Assembly: GCA_963715675.1 (NCBI GenBank)
Contig: OY970265.1
Span: 2,822,677 to 2,862,676 of the forward strand
Length of the DNA: 40,000 bases
Direction: 5' to 3'
Source: an uncultured Acidobacteriota bacterium
Lineage (GTDB): Bacteria; Acidobacteriota; Terriglobia; Terriglobales; Acidobacteriaceae
The notes below the pieces were generated by a model. It was not told the DNA's origin and did no database searches. It worked only from the letters and a program-made list of their open reading frames with translations. This document shows positions 15,648-25,295 of the stretch, piece after piece (positions within the stretch are counted from its first letter, which is position 1; each line of letters starts with the position of its first letter). Made by a program: the position numbers and the translations under genes.

Positions 15648-16637
15648 TCAGGGAGCGTACTCCCACACCGTTCCTGCGTTATGGCTGCCGCCTTCATAGG
15701 TAGTGCCGAACAGCGCGCCGTTGGCGGTCAGCAGCAGTTCACCGATCGGAGCGGATCCGTCCGCGCCCGTAAAACTGTGCAACAGCGTAAACTTGCCTTT
15801 CGCGCTCAACTCGTACAAAACCCCAGCGTTGTGTGCACCGCACCCATAGGTGACACCATACAGATTGCCCTTTGCGTCCCGGACCATCCCCGCGAGCGGA
15901 TTGCAGCCGTCCTTCCCACCCCCGGCAAACTTGTGCAGCAGGGTCTCGTTGCCTTTCTTGTTCAGTTTCCATATAGTCCCGAGGTTGTGAGGACCGCAGT
16001 CGCTAGTCGTCCCATAAAGGTTCCCGGACTCGTCCTGCACTAACGTCCCATGAGGATAGCAGCCATCTGTGGGCGCACCAGAAAAGTCGTACAGCACGCT
16101 TTCCACTCGGCGCGGGCTAACTTTGTACACGACTCCGGTCCCATCAACACCACCAAGTGTCGTGACGCCATAGAAGTTGCGACTCTTATCCATGATCAAA
16201 TTCCCGTACTCCGGGGTGTCGCCGTCTAATCCCGAGAAGTCGTACAAAAGCTTGAAGTTCTTCGCGCCCTGCAGCTCAAAAATTGTCCCGTATGACTCTT
16301 CCGTGCCGCACCAACTCGCCGTGCCATAGAGGTTACCGGATTTGTCCAAACTCATGCCTTGGAACGGAAAGCAGCCGTCTGGAGAACGAGGAAAGTTGTA
16401 TAGCACCGTCCCATTCCCCGCGGTGTCGATTTTGAAGATCGTCCCGCAGCCGACCGCATCGCCGAGGCAGTCGCCGTCGGTACCTCCCTCTGCGGTCGTC
16501 CCATAAAGGTTGTCGGCCTTGTCTCGCACGACCGGTGCATAGGGACGCGCGCCGTCGGAGGAGTATCCACTAAAGGCGTGCAGCACAGTTTCGGTGCCAC
16601 CGGTATCCAGCTTGTAAACTACGCCACAACCAGACGG
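15648..16637 (-). pseudogene. GloVer-type tandem-repeat beta-propeller protein, 3' portion (gene split by IS256-family insertion)
   Basis: Repeated units follow the pattern G.LYGTT..GG...G(T/V)(I/V)(F/Y)(K/E)L...G..T(V/L)L(Y/H).F. The reading frame continues across the IS junction into 18079-18279. Confidence 0.8.
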
Positions 16638-18078
16638 GAGGATGCCCGTTAATTCGTAGAAAGTAGCGACTCTCGACCCCGGTCATAATGGCCGAGGGTA
16701 GTTTTTCTGCCAAGAAAAAGGAGAGAGTCGCTATGAAGAGACGATACCAGATCGACCAGCAACGAGCGGTGCAAGAATTCCGACAGTTGGCCCGCGAAGA
16801 AAATCCCAACCTGCAGATGATGTTTCCGATGACCGAGGTCGTCGGTCTGCTGCACGAAGGGGTGGGCCACCTCATGCGCGAAGCCGGGTTGGCGTTGATG
16901 AGCCTGGTGATGGAGGAAGAAGTGCGGCACCTGGCCGGGGAGCGGCATGAGCAGCATCCGGCGCGGCGCGCCCACCGCTGGGGAAAAGAAGCCGGTTACT
17001 GCGTGGTGGACGGGCAGAAGGTGCCGATCCAGAGAACGCGTCTGCGCAACCCGGAAAATCGTGAGCAACGGCTGGGAAGTTACGAGTTGTTCCAGCGCAG
17101 CGGACCGCTGGAGCACGCGGTGTGGGACAAGATGATGCGCGGGCTGTCGACGCGCAACTACGGGGCGGTGGTAAAAGATTTTCGCGAAGCCTACGGGGTG
17201 GAGAAGTCGGCGGTGAGCGACAACTTCATCGCCTCCAGCCGGGAGAAGCTGCAGGAGTTGATGGAGCGTCCGCTGGGCGAGTTACGGTTGTGTGCGGTGC
17301 TGATCGACGGCACGCCGTTCCGCGACCGGCAAATGATCGTGGCCCTGGGCATCAATAGCGACGGGCGCAAAACGGTGTTGGGCCTGCGCGAAGGAGCGAC
17401 CGAGAATGCCGCCGTGGTGAGTGAGTTACTCGGCGATCTGGCGGCGCGCGGGCTGGACTTCAGCGTGCCGCGTCTGTATGTGCTCGACGGAGGCAAGGCG
17501 CTGGCGGCGGCGGTGCGGCGTCATGCCGGCGAGGCGGCGTTCATCCAGCGTTGCCAGGTGCACAAGCGGCGTAATGTGGTGGACCACTTACCCGAAGAAC
17601 ACAAGCCAGCGGTCAAGAAGAAGCTGCAGAACGCCTACGCCATGAGCGAATACACCGACGCCAGGCGCGCTCTGGAGCGGCTGCATCGCGAACTGATGGA
17701 GCTGAATCCGAGCGCCGCCCGCAGCCTGGAGGAAGGCATGGACGAGACGCTCACCGTGCACCGTTTGCGCGTGCCCGCGCAGTTGCGCCGCACCCTGGCG
17801 AGCACCAACGTGATCGAGTCAGCTTTCTCCATCGTGGAAACGGTTTGCCGCAACGTGAAACGCTGGCGGGCGGGAGACCACATCGAGCGTTGGGTCGGCT
17901 CGGGCCTGCTGGTGGCCGAGCGCCAGTTCCGCAAAGTGCAGGGATATCGGGAGATTCCCCAGCTATTGACTGCGCTAGCCAACGCGGTTTCTAAGAAGAC
18001 GGTTGCCGAGCAAGGAAAGGTTGCGTAACCTATGACGGTCGAGAGTCGCTAACTTTCAACGGAGTTCCGGGCAATCTC
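16638..18078 (+). mobile_element. IS256-family insertion sequence (1441 bp) with 9-bp target duplication
   Basis: The left end is GAGGATGCCCGTTAATTCGTAGAAAGTAGCGACTCTCGACC. The reverse complement of the right end is GAGATTGCCCGGAACTCCGTTGAAAGTTAGCGACTCTCGACC. The direct repeat ACCAGACGG occurs at 16629-16637 and 18079-18087. Confidence 0.85.
16688..18028 (+). CDS. IS256-family (Mutator-type) transposase
   Basis: 446 aa. Family blocks are VLIDGTPFRDRQMIVALGINSDGRKTVLGL, YVLDGGKALAAAV and IQRCQVHKRRNVVDHLP. The true start may be the internal MKRRYQ at 16733. Confidence 0.9.
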   Translation: MAEGSFSAKKKERVAMKRRYQIDQQRAVQEFRQLAREENPNLQMMFPMTEVVGLLHEGVGHLMREAGLALMSLVMEEEVRHLAGERHEQHPARRAHRWGKEAGYCVVDGQKVPIQRTRLRNPENREQRLGSYELFQRSGPLEHAVWDKMMRGLSTRNYGAVVKDFREAYGVEKSAVSDNFIASSREKLQELMERPLGELRLCAVLIDGTPFRDRQMIVALGINSDGRKTVLGLREGATENAAVVSELLGDLAARGLDFSVPRLYVLDGGKALAAAVRRHAGEAAFIQRCQVHKRRNVVDHLPEEHKPAVKKKLQNAYAMSEYTDARRALERLHRELMELNPSAARSLEEGMDETLTVHRLRVPAQLRRTLASTNVIESAFSIVETVCRNVKRWRAGDHIERWVGSGLLVAERQFRKVQGYREIPQLLTALANAVSKKTVAEQGKVA

Positions 18079-18279
18079 ACCAGACGGGCCACTGTATGTC
18101 TTGCAGGTCAAGTCGCCGCCCGCCGTCGTAGCGCCATACAGGTTGCCCGATGAATCGTGGATTAACCCTGCATAGGGATAACCTCCGTCCGAGCCGCCGG
18201 TGAAGTTGTAAAGCGTGGTAAATGTCTGAGCTTGAGCGAGGCCTGCAACCACAAGCACAACGATTAGCGCGCGCGACAT
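18079..18279 (-). pseudogene. GloVer-repeat protein, 5' portion with signal peptide (split by the IS)
   Basis: MSRALIVVLVVAGLAQAQTFTTLYNFTGGSDGGYPYAGLIHDSSGNLYGATTAGG... Removing the IS plus one repeat copy restores ...TYSGPSGCGVVYKLDTGGTETVLHAFSGY. Confidence 0.8.
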
Positions 18280-18491
18280 GACTCCCCCCCAAAGTGGCCG
18301 CTCAAAGTATCCTCCCGCACGGCACCGGAGTCAATTCCTGTAATCAGGCGTTTGCACAAGCTTGCGCCGTCTGTTCGCCCTTTTGGGGGCCGGTGGCCCA
18401 CATCTCCACCTCGACTGGACGGCGCCCGGGAGTGCCACTCTCTCGGTATACCCCCGGACAGCCACCCCACTAGCCGCTTTTTGTTTGGTTT

Positions 18492-19464
18492 CATGACATC
18501 CTTTACAAAGCGTCTCGGGACATCCTTTACACTCCTGCGCGAGCGAAGCGAGCGCAGGAGTGTAAAGGATGGCGTGGAAGACGATGGATGTCCAAGAGCA
18601 GAAAGTCAGGTTCGTAGTGGCGGCGACGCGGCAGGAGAAGTCGCTGACCGCCTTGTGCCAGGAGTTCGGCATCTCTCGTCCCACGGGGTGCCTCTGGCGA
18701 AAGCGTTATCAGGAAGCGGGTCTGGCCGGGATCGCAGAGCGCAGCCGGCGTCCGCAGCAGAGTCCCACCCGAACCCCGGCGGAGTGGGAACAGCGGGTGG
18801 CGGAGGTGCGGCAACGCTATCCCGACTGGGGAGCTCGCAAGCTGCAAGTGCTACTGGCGCGGGCGGGAGTGGAGTTGACCCGCAGCACCATTCATCGCAT
18901 TCTGTTGCGCCGCGATCTGGTGCACGATCGCGCCCGGCATTCCCCAGCCACCCGCCGCTTTGAGCGGAGCGCTCCCAACGAGCTATGGCAGATGGACTTT
19001 AAGAGTCCGAAAGGCTGGAACGCAGCCGTCGGTCCGTTGTCGGTGCTGGATGATCACAGCCGTTATTTGCTGGTGTTGCACGCGGTATGGAGTACCCACG
19101 CCGAGTTGGTGCGGGAGCAACTGGAAACGGCATTTGCGACCGCACGAAGCCTTGGGCATGCAAACCCCGGCCAGCGTCTGGCATAAGAGCGAGCGCCGTT
19201 ACGATCCGCATCCCCCGCGCTGGGAATACCCAACCGGATCGAAGGTGCTGAAGGTGGACTGCCAGGGAAAACTCGATTTCCAAGGGAATCGCTGGAAAAT
19301 CAGTCGGGCTTTGCGTGGAGAATGGGTGCAGCTGGAACCCGTGGAACGACGGGTGTTGGTGTATTACTGTCGGACCCTGGTCCGGAAACTGGATCTGAGC
19401 ACCCGGTCCCATCCCGAACCAAAACTGTAAAGGATGTCCCGGGACAAACTGTAAAGCATGTCAT
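18492..19464 (+). mobile_element. IS481-like element with internal deletion (defective)
   Basis: About 40-bp IRs are present. The left is CATGACATCCTTTACAAAGCGTCTCGGGACATCCTTTACAC. The reverse complement of the right is CATGACATGCTTTACAGTTTGTCCCGGGACATCCTTTACAG. It is about 390 bp shorter than the intact relative at 33128-34492. Confidence 0.7.
18569..19430 (+). pseudogene. IS481-family transposase, catalytic core deleted and frameshifted
   Basis: The N-terminal part (HTH, ...NELWQMDFK...LSVLDDHSRY...EQLETAF) is in one frame. The C-terminal part (RPHEALGMQTPASV...) is in another. The TDNG...NG.xER segment seen in the 33148-34416 homologue is missing. Confidence 0.75.
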
Positions 19465-19742
19465 GGGACTGGACACCGCTTTTGGTTTGGGTGGGGAAGT
19501 TCCTGTCCCATTTTGGAACTCACCCCCACTTTTCCCTTGACAACCCTCCCCAACTCTCCCAAACTATAGGTATATCTATAAGGCAGTAAATAACACGTAC
19601 TACATATCCACGAGATATAACTCGAACCAAGCCCTGGGTGCCCCATCCTTCCGCGGGTTTTTCGCGGAGCGTGGGTCTTTTCACCCGAAAACGAAAACCA
19701 ACCAGCGGTCCAAAGCCATAACCCGAACGACCAACGACGTAA

Positions 19743-20007
19743 AGCCTGCCCTGAGTCGAATGGCGAAGGGGCCAGCCACGCCCTTTGTTTTCAATATTTT
19801 GCCTCTAACCCCAATCCCCTCTAGATTTTGCCGACCAAATCTCCGTAACCCCATGATTCCACTAGACCCCTGGGGAGGGGGTATATACCCCAAAAAAAGC
19901 AAAGCGCCAGAAACCGAAAAGTCAGAACAACCCCTTAAAAGGTTGGCTAGAAGCCAGAAGCGAGAAGCGTACGACGAAGAGCCTGCCCTGAGCCGAATGG
20001 CGAAGGG
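19743..20007. repeat. 28-bp direct repeats AGCCTGCCCTGAG(T/C)CGAATGGCGAAGGG bracketing a dispersed-repeat copy
   Basis: Copies at 19743-19770 and 19980-20007 match 27/28. CGACCAACGAC-type motifs lie beside both copies and again at about 20796. Confidence 0.6.
19782..19888 (-). repeat. ~107-bp dispersed repeat, copy 1 (inverted relative to copy at 34510-34614)
   Basis: The reverse complement reads gtatataccccctccccaggggtctagtggaatcatggggttacggagatttggtcggcaaaatctagaggggattggggttagaggcaaaatattgaaaacaaagg. By eye it is about 85% identical to 34510-34614. Confidence 0.7.
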
Positions 20008-20060
20008 ACGAAAAGCCAACGACCAACGACCAAAACCGAAACGAAAAGGAGCCACAAACC

Positions 20061-20768
20061 ATGCCAACCTACCCCAAACACATCCTCCGTTGCCAGCACA
20101 TCAAGGTCAACGGCACCCAGTGCGGATCGCCCGCCCTCACCACCCAGCGCTTCTGTTTCTTTCATCAGGAGAACCGCCCGCGGCGTGTCCGCATCGGCCG
20201 CAAGGCCACGCAGGCCGCTGCCGCCGTCATGTTGCCTGTCCTCGAGGACGCCAACTCCATTCAGGTCGCAGTCATGCAGATCACCCGCCTGCTCCTGGGC
20301 GGTCAGATCGACCACAAGACCGCCGGCTTGACGCTGTACGCGCTGCAAATCGCCTCCAGCAATCTGGCCCGGATCACATTTGAAGCCGACCGCCCGACCC
20401 GCATCGTCATTGATCGCGCCCGCGTCGCCGAAACCCCGCTGGGACGCACTCCCTGGTCCGCCAGCGGAGTCGGCCACGACTCGGAGTGCGACGAGGAAGA
20501 GGAAAAGAGACATCACGGGGGACTCGCCCGGCTTCTGATGCGGAACCTCGGCCTCACCGACGAAGAGATCGACGAGCAAAAGCGCCAACTGGAAGCCGAG
20601 GAAAACGGGGAAGAGGAAGAAGAGGACAAGAACGACGAAGCCGAACCCACCGCCGAAGATTCCCCGGGCGGCCACGATATCCAGGCCTGCGTTGGCCCGG
20701 CCATGGTAGGGGCCAGTCCCGGCTTCTTCCGCTCAAACCGGGGGCCGGCCCGCCGCTATCTTTCCTGA
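20061..20768 (+). CDS. hypothetical protein with N-terminal Cys/His cluster and acidic C-terminal region
   Basis: ATG follows AAGGAG. The N-terminus is CQHIKVNGTQCGSP...FCFFHQ and the C-terminal region contains an EEEEE-rich stretch. No family recognised. Confidence 0.55.
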   Translation: MPTYPKHILRCQHIKVNGTQCGSPALTTQRFCFFHQENRPRRVRIGRKATQAAAAVMLPVLEDANSIQVAVMQITRLLLGGQIDHKTAGLTLYALQIASSNLARITFEADRPTRIVIDRARVAETPLGRTPWSASGVGHDSECDEEEEKRHHGGLARLLMRNLGLTDEEIDEQKRQLEAEENGEEEEEDKNDEAEPTAEDSPGGHDIQACVGPAMVGASPGFFRSNRGPARRYLS

Positions 20769-20817
20769 TTTTGTTTGAGCGAACGACGAAGGACGACGAC
20801 CAACGACCGATCTGCGC

Positions 20818-22722
20818 CTACTTCTTGCGCTTCCCTTTGCCCATCTTCTGTGAAATTTCTTTCATCAGTTTGGGCTTCAGGTCGGCCAAAACGCTGTCCA
20901 CAATACTGGCGATCTCCTCGGCATTTTCTGCGCCTTCTTCGGAGGCCTCGGCCCGGTCAGGTTCTACGGGCTCAGTTGGTTCGTGGCGCAACTCGCGGAA
21001 CCCGCTGGTAGTGGTTTCAACAGCTTGAGAAGTGGATTCCGGACTGGTCACCGATTCCCGTACCTGCTTCCAACTTGCCCAGGCTGCCGCCAGTTCGTTG
21101 TCGTGTGGTTGTGGTACCGGCTCGGGAGCTGCGGGCGCCACCTCGGAGATCTCTTGCACCGGACCGGCATTCGCTTCGAGCACAGACCAAGCCGCGCCGC
21201 CGCTTGCCGACGCGACCGCATAGGCGGCTTTCTCCTCAGGTTCGGCTTCCACGGTCGCAGAGCTTGCCTCAACCACTGGCGGAACCGGTTCGGGTGGCAA
21301 ATCAGCGACCACGATCGTGGGACTGCTGTCTTCCACGGGAATCGCAGGCGCTTCCACCTGGGGCGAAGCCTCGAATGTCGCCGGCGTATCCGACCCCTGC
21401 GACCCTGCTTCCTCAGTCGCAGCAGCCTCCTCATGCGCAGGTGCGTCAAAGTCCTCCACGCCGTGGTCCCCAACGATGCTGCGAGCGGCGTCCGCCGCGG
21501 CAAAGGCAGCGTACGTGCGCTGCATCTCCAACTCCAGAACCAGGGCGGATTCTTCCTGGGAAACCGGTACTTCTTCCGCAATCCATCGCGGGCCGGTAAG
21601 TTCGCCGGATACCCCTGCGGCCGCCATGGTGACAGGAACCGATTCACTGACCTCCGCGGATCGGTATTCGCCAATGGGAAAACCTGGATCGGCGTCCCTC
21701 GCACCTGGCAGCAATGCATCGAGCGCGGCCGCGACTTCTTCGTCGCCGGAGGGCCTGACGGGCTGGGAATCAGAGCTGGCAGCGGTCCCGGATGGCATCC
21801 CCTCCAGCTCAACTTCTGCCATCGCCTCTGGCACGCTTTGCACAGTCGTCTCGACGCGTTCGGCCTCCGCCGGTTCCTGCGGTGCGGGCGCAAAGCTGGA
21901 GCCGGCAAGGTCTTGCTCTGCACTCCACCCAGGCGCACTCGCCGGTTCCGTTTCCCTTGGCTCAGGGGCAGCCTCGCTCGGCTTCTCCGCGGCGGGTTCA
22001 TCGGCGGATCGAGCATGTCCGGCAAGCAACGCGGCCGCAGCGGTGATGGCGGCGATCTCTTCTGGCGTGACGTCATGGGGCAGCGCTGCCACCGCCGGAT
22101 CCGGCAGAATGGACGCCACATTCCCGGTCTGGGGTGGCGCAACTCGCTCTGCCGGCGGCGCCTCGGACACGACCGCACCCGGCTGTGGTTCGGTATGGGA
22201 CGGGTGAGGCTTCGAATAGGGGGCGGGGATCTTCAGCCGGCTCTTCCACCCCGTGTCGGCATCCCCAAACTCGCGGGCCCCGCCGGCCGAGTTCTCAACC
22301 GCCGCAATCGCGCGTGCAAAACGGCCGCCCGAGAAGGGTTGCGCCGAGGGGACGATCTTGTCCTCCAGTTTGGTGAGCGCGGTAAGCAGTTCGCTGGCCT
22401 CGAACGGCTTGATCACGAACGCATCGGCGCGGACTCGCAGCGAATCCTCGGCCTTGAACGGCTCCAGCTTACCCACGGTCAGAAGAACCGGGATGCGCGC
22501 CAGTTCCGGAGTTTCGCGAATGCGCTGGCAGATTTCCAGTCCGCCGTACCCGGGCATGTACACGTCAAGCATGACAATGTCCGGCTTGATCTCGGCGATC
22601 TTCTTGATGGCAGCCGAGCCATTGTTGACGGTAATCACCTCGTAGCCGGAGTCAGTAAGGATCCTCCGGCCCATGTTCTGGGCGGTTACGCTGTCATCGG
22701 CAAGCAGTATTTTCCGCGCCAA
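20818..22722 (-). CDS. response-regulator receiver protein with ~500-aa Pro/Ala/Glu-rich low-complexity extension
   Basis: The N-terminus KILLADDS...DIVMLDVYMPGYGGLEICQRIR...PVLLTVGK...ADAFVIKPF is a REC domain. The rest is a disordered-looking P/A/E/S tract ending in a basic tail. TTG start is preceded by AGAGGA. Confidence 0.8.
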   Translation of the reverse strand: MARKILLADDSVTAQNMGRRILTDSGYEVITVNNGSAAIKKIAEIKPDIVMLDVYMPGYGGLEICQRIRETPELARIPVLLTVGKLEPFKAEDSLRVRADAFVIKPFEASELLTALTKLEDKIVPSAQPFSGGRFARAIAAVENSAGGAREFGDADTGWKSRLKIPAPYSKPHPSHTEPQPGAVVSEAPPAERVAPPQTGNVASILPDPAVAALPHDVTPEEIAAITAAAALLAGHARSADEPAAEKPSEAAPEPRETEPASAPGWSAEQDLAGSSFAPAPQEPAEAERVETTVQSVPEAMAEVELEGMPSGTAASSDSQPVRPSGDEEVAAALDALLPGARDADPGFPIGEYRSAEVSESVPVTMAAAGVSGELTGPRWIAEEVPVSQEESALVLELEMQRTYAAFAAADAARSIVGDHGVEDFDAPAHEEAAATEEAGSQGSDTPATFEASPQVEAPAIPVEDSSPTIVVADLPPEPVPPVVEASSATVEAEPEEKAAYAVASASGGAAWSVLEANAGPVQEISEVAPAAPEPVPQPHDNELAAAWASWKQVRESVTSPESTSQAVETTTSGFRELRHEPTEPVEPDRAEASEEGAENAEEIASIVDSVLADLKPKLMKEISQKMGKGKRKK

Positions 22723-22900
22723 TAGGTCCTCTAAACTTCAGGGGGATATAGCGCGAAGTTAGCCTGTCCCGAAGGCTAAGTCAATGAAAGACGGTGGGTA
22801 ACAGGTTACGAGCGGACAAGCACCAAGCGGAACCGGAGTGCCCCAGGCAAATCCCTGCTTTCCCAGCGGCGTCAGGCAACTATCCGGCTTTGGCGGGAGA

Positions 22901-24427
22901 TCAGAAGGGAATGACCTTATGGATTCCCGTCTTCTTCTTCTTTTGCTTACTGGAGGCCATGTCCTGATCGGTGGCCAACTGATCGGAGGACGATCCCGCA
23001 GCGCTGCTACCGCTGGCTCCATTAGCGGGAGGCGCAGCCACCGATGACCCATCCCCTCCGCCCTGTATCTGGTTGACTTGTTGGGGCGGGGGTAGCGCCT
23101 GGCCGCCGTCATCGCCAACGTTGGGCTTCAGTTCGTTGGCGTCGGAACCGACGTTTGGCTTCAGTTCATTCGCGTCCGGCGGGGCTGCCGCAGGCGCGGA
23201 ATTAGCCGGCGCAGTGCCGGCTGCGGGTGCGCCGTCGGCTGGAGGGTTTACGTCAGAACGCGGGGCGGGTTGATCCGCTGGAGGCGCACCCGTACCCACG
23301 GTTTCGACGGACACCGAATGCGTGCCGGACCCGGTGGAATCCGGGGTGACAGCCTGGGCCGCTTCCTGGACTACCTGACTCGCGCTGACTGGCTTGGGAT
23401 CCACCAGCGTGGGTTCTCCGACTCTTGCCGCTTCCACGGTGTCAGGGTGCTTTTCGACAGTGCGAAGAACCTTGGAGAGCATGGTGGGTGATTTGCGGCT
23501 GTCTTCTTCTGCCCTGTTTTCGGCGACGGCCGCTTTCGTGGGCCGCGGGATGGGCTGGTGCAGTGCCGCCAGGCGCGCCTTGGCATCATCGGCACGATCC
23601 ATCAGCGGATATCGCGTCAGAACCCGGTCATAGGCTTCCGCGGCGCCCTTGGTGAAATGCTCAATGGCATCGGCCTTTTGAGTTTCGAGCACGCATCCCG
23701 CCGGATGAAGAGGCGGCTGATTGCTGGTGCATGTAGGACGAGCCCGCAGCATCGCGACCTCGCCCTCGTAGCATTGGCCCAGCAAATATAGCGTCTCGTC
23801 CGCCTTGCTGTAGAGCGGGTACTTGTCGGCCAGCGACTTCAAGCGGGCAATGGAGGCCGGATACGACTGCCGCATAAAGTAGAAACGTCCCACTCGGAAC
23901 TCGCGCTCGGCGATGACCTCCTGTACTTCCCGCAGCCGCTGCTTGGCTTGCGGTACCAGCTTGCTGTCCGGGAACTGCAGGATCAACTGCCGGTACTCCT
24001 CCTCGGCGCGCATGGCATGGGTGTAATCGCGGTCCGGCTTCTCCATCTGCTGAAAGTGGATGTTCGCGATTTTCATCTGCGCCTCCGCCGCTTCCGGCAT
24101 GTTTGGAAAGAAGGTGATGAAATCCTTGTATTGGCTTTCGGCTTCCGCCAGCGAGGCGGAACCGCCTTCCCCGTACCAGGAATCGGCCACCGCCAGTTTG
24201 GCGCGCGCGATATATTCGGAATCCGGATAGGTGTTGATCATGGTCTGTAGCGTCAGCCGGGCCACATCGAAGTGGTTATGCTTCATGGCCTCCATGGCGC
24301 GGTCGAACAGGACCTTGTCGGGCTGTTTGGAGTCAACATTGGCGATCGGGTTCGAAACCTTCTTGTTGGTGCAGCCTACAAAGCCAAGCACGCCCAAGAG
24401 AACGATGATCGGAATACGACGTGACAT
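22901..24427 (-). CDS. bamD: outer-membrane protein assembly factor BamD (YfiO-like lipoprotein) with low-complexity C-terminal tail
   Basis: MSRRIPIIVLLGVLGFVGC provides the lipobox. The BamD-like TPR pattern is FDRAMEAMKHNHFDVARLTLQTMINTYPDSEYIARAKLAVADSWY...YKDFITFFPN...AEREFRVGRFY. The ORF-track start at 24496 runs into an upstream hairpin repeat, so ATG 24427 is preferred. Confidence 0.8.
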   Translation of the reverse strand: MSRRIPIIVLLGVLGFVGCTNKKVSNPIANVDSKQPDKVLFDRAMEAMKHNHFDVARLTLQTMINTYPDSEYIARAKLAVADSWYGEGGSASLAEAESQYKDFITFFPNMPEAAEAQMKIANIHFQQMEKPDRDYTHAMRAEEEYRQLILQFPDSKLVPQAKQRLREVQEVIAEREFRVGRFYFMRQSYPASIARLKSLADKYPLYSKADETLYLLGQCYEGEVAMLRARPTCTSNQPPLHPAGCVLETQKADAIEHFTKGAAEAYDRVLTRYPLMDRADDAKARLAALHQPIPRPTKAAVAENRAEEDSRKSPTMLSKVLRTVEKHPDTVEAARVGEPTLVDPKPVSASQVVQEAAQAVTPDSTGSGTHSVSVETVGTGAPPADQPAPRSDVNPPADGAPAAGTAPANSAPAAAPPDANELKPNVGSDANELKPNVGDDGGQALPPPQQVNQIQGGGDGSSVAAPPANGASGSSAAGSSSDQLATDQDMASSKQKKKKTGIHKVIPF

Positions 24428-24447
24428 AAGAAGTTCAGTTCCCAGTC

Positions 24448-24494
24448 GCCAGTTCTCAGTTTTCAATTTCCTTGCCGGGCAACTGAGAACTGGC
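24448..24494. repeat. inverted repeat between rpe and bamD
   Basis: GCCAGTTCTCAGTT-(19 nt)-AACTGAGAACTGGC has perfect 14-bp arms. No U-tract follows on the transcribed (minus) strand. Confidence 0.5.
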
Positions 24495-24507
24495 AACTAT
24501 TTCGATA

Positions 24508-25182
24508 CTATACCTTCACCAATACAGCTTCCGCGGCAGCCTTCAACAACTGCCGCGCATTCATGGTTGGATCGCCTTTACCGAACACCGCGTTGCCTCC
24601 CACCAGAATTTCCGCTCCCGCCCGCACGATGTCGCCGACCGTGTCGAGGGCGACTCCTCCATCGATCTCGATCCGATAGCTCAAGCGCCGCTGAAGCCGC
24701 AGTTCGACAAGCTTGCGAACCTTGTGCAGCGTGGCGGGTATAAACTGCTGTGCCCCAAAACCAGGATTCACCGACATGACCAGCACGTAATCCACGATGT
24801 CAACGACCTCGCTGAGCGTTTCCACGGGAGTCGCCGGATTGATCACCACGCCCGCCCGCGCCCCGTGGCTGCGAATCAAGTGGAGGGTGCGGTTCAGGTG
24901 CCGGCAGGCCTCCTGATGAACGGAAATCCAGTCGGCGCCTGCTTCGGCGAAGTCCGGGATATACTGATCCGGGTTTTCGATCATCAGATGGCAATCCAGC
25001 GGCAGATTCGTGGCCTTGCGCAAGGATCGCACCACCGGTGGGCCGATAGTGATGTTGGGAACAAAATGCCCGTCCATGACATCGACGTGAATCAGCGTTC
25101 CGCCGCCCTCGGCTGCGGCGTGAACCTGTTCCGCAAGACGGGCAAAATCAGCCGACAAAATCGACGGTGCTAGTTCGATCAA
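24508..25182 (-). CDS. rpe: ribulose-phosphate 3-epimerase
   Basis: APSILSADFARLAEQV...HVDVMDGHFVPNITIGPPVV...DCHLMIENP...ISVH...VMSVNPGFGAQQF...IEIDGG is the classic Rpe pattern. TTG start is preceded by AGGAG. Confidence 0.92.
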   Translation of the reverse strand: MIELAPSILSADFARLAEQVHAAAEGGGTLIHVDVMDGHFVPNITIGPPVVRSLRKATNLPLDCHLMIENPDQYIPDFAEAGADWISVHQEACRHLNRTLHLIRSHGARAGVVINPATPVETLSEVVDIVDYVLVMSVNPGFGAQQFIPATLHKVRKLVELRLQRRLSYRIEIDGGVALDTVGDIVRAGAEILVGGNAVFGKGDPTMNARQLLKAAAEAVLVKV

Positions 25183-25295
25183 TTAGGCTCCTGGAATATA
25201 GAGATGCTTAACCAAAATTCTAGCACGCTATGGGCGCGGCGAACGCCCTTCTCATCTCATTTTCGTAGGTAGTGCTGTTCTCGTTCAGAATGATT

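Noticed and set aside
19681-20383. ORFs 19681..20067 (-) and 19760..20383 (+) spanning the repeat-rich region upstream of 20061.
   Set aside because: They are composed of translated dispersed repeats (for example PFAIRLRAG twice from the 28-bp repeat). The plus-strand one overlaps, out of frame, the better-supported gene starting at 20061 with an AAGGAG RBS.
20983-22725. Very long ORFs on the plus strand (580 aa, 296 aa) and in other minus frames (376 aa) overlapping the response-regulator gene.
   Set aside because: They lie antisense or out of frame to a gene with a clear REC domain. Their sequences are Arg/Pro/Gly-rich low-complexity shadows, typical of GC-rich repetitive coding DNA. They have no start context or motifs.
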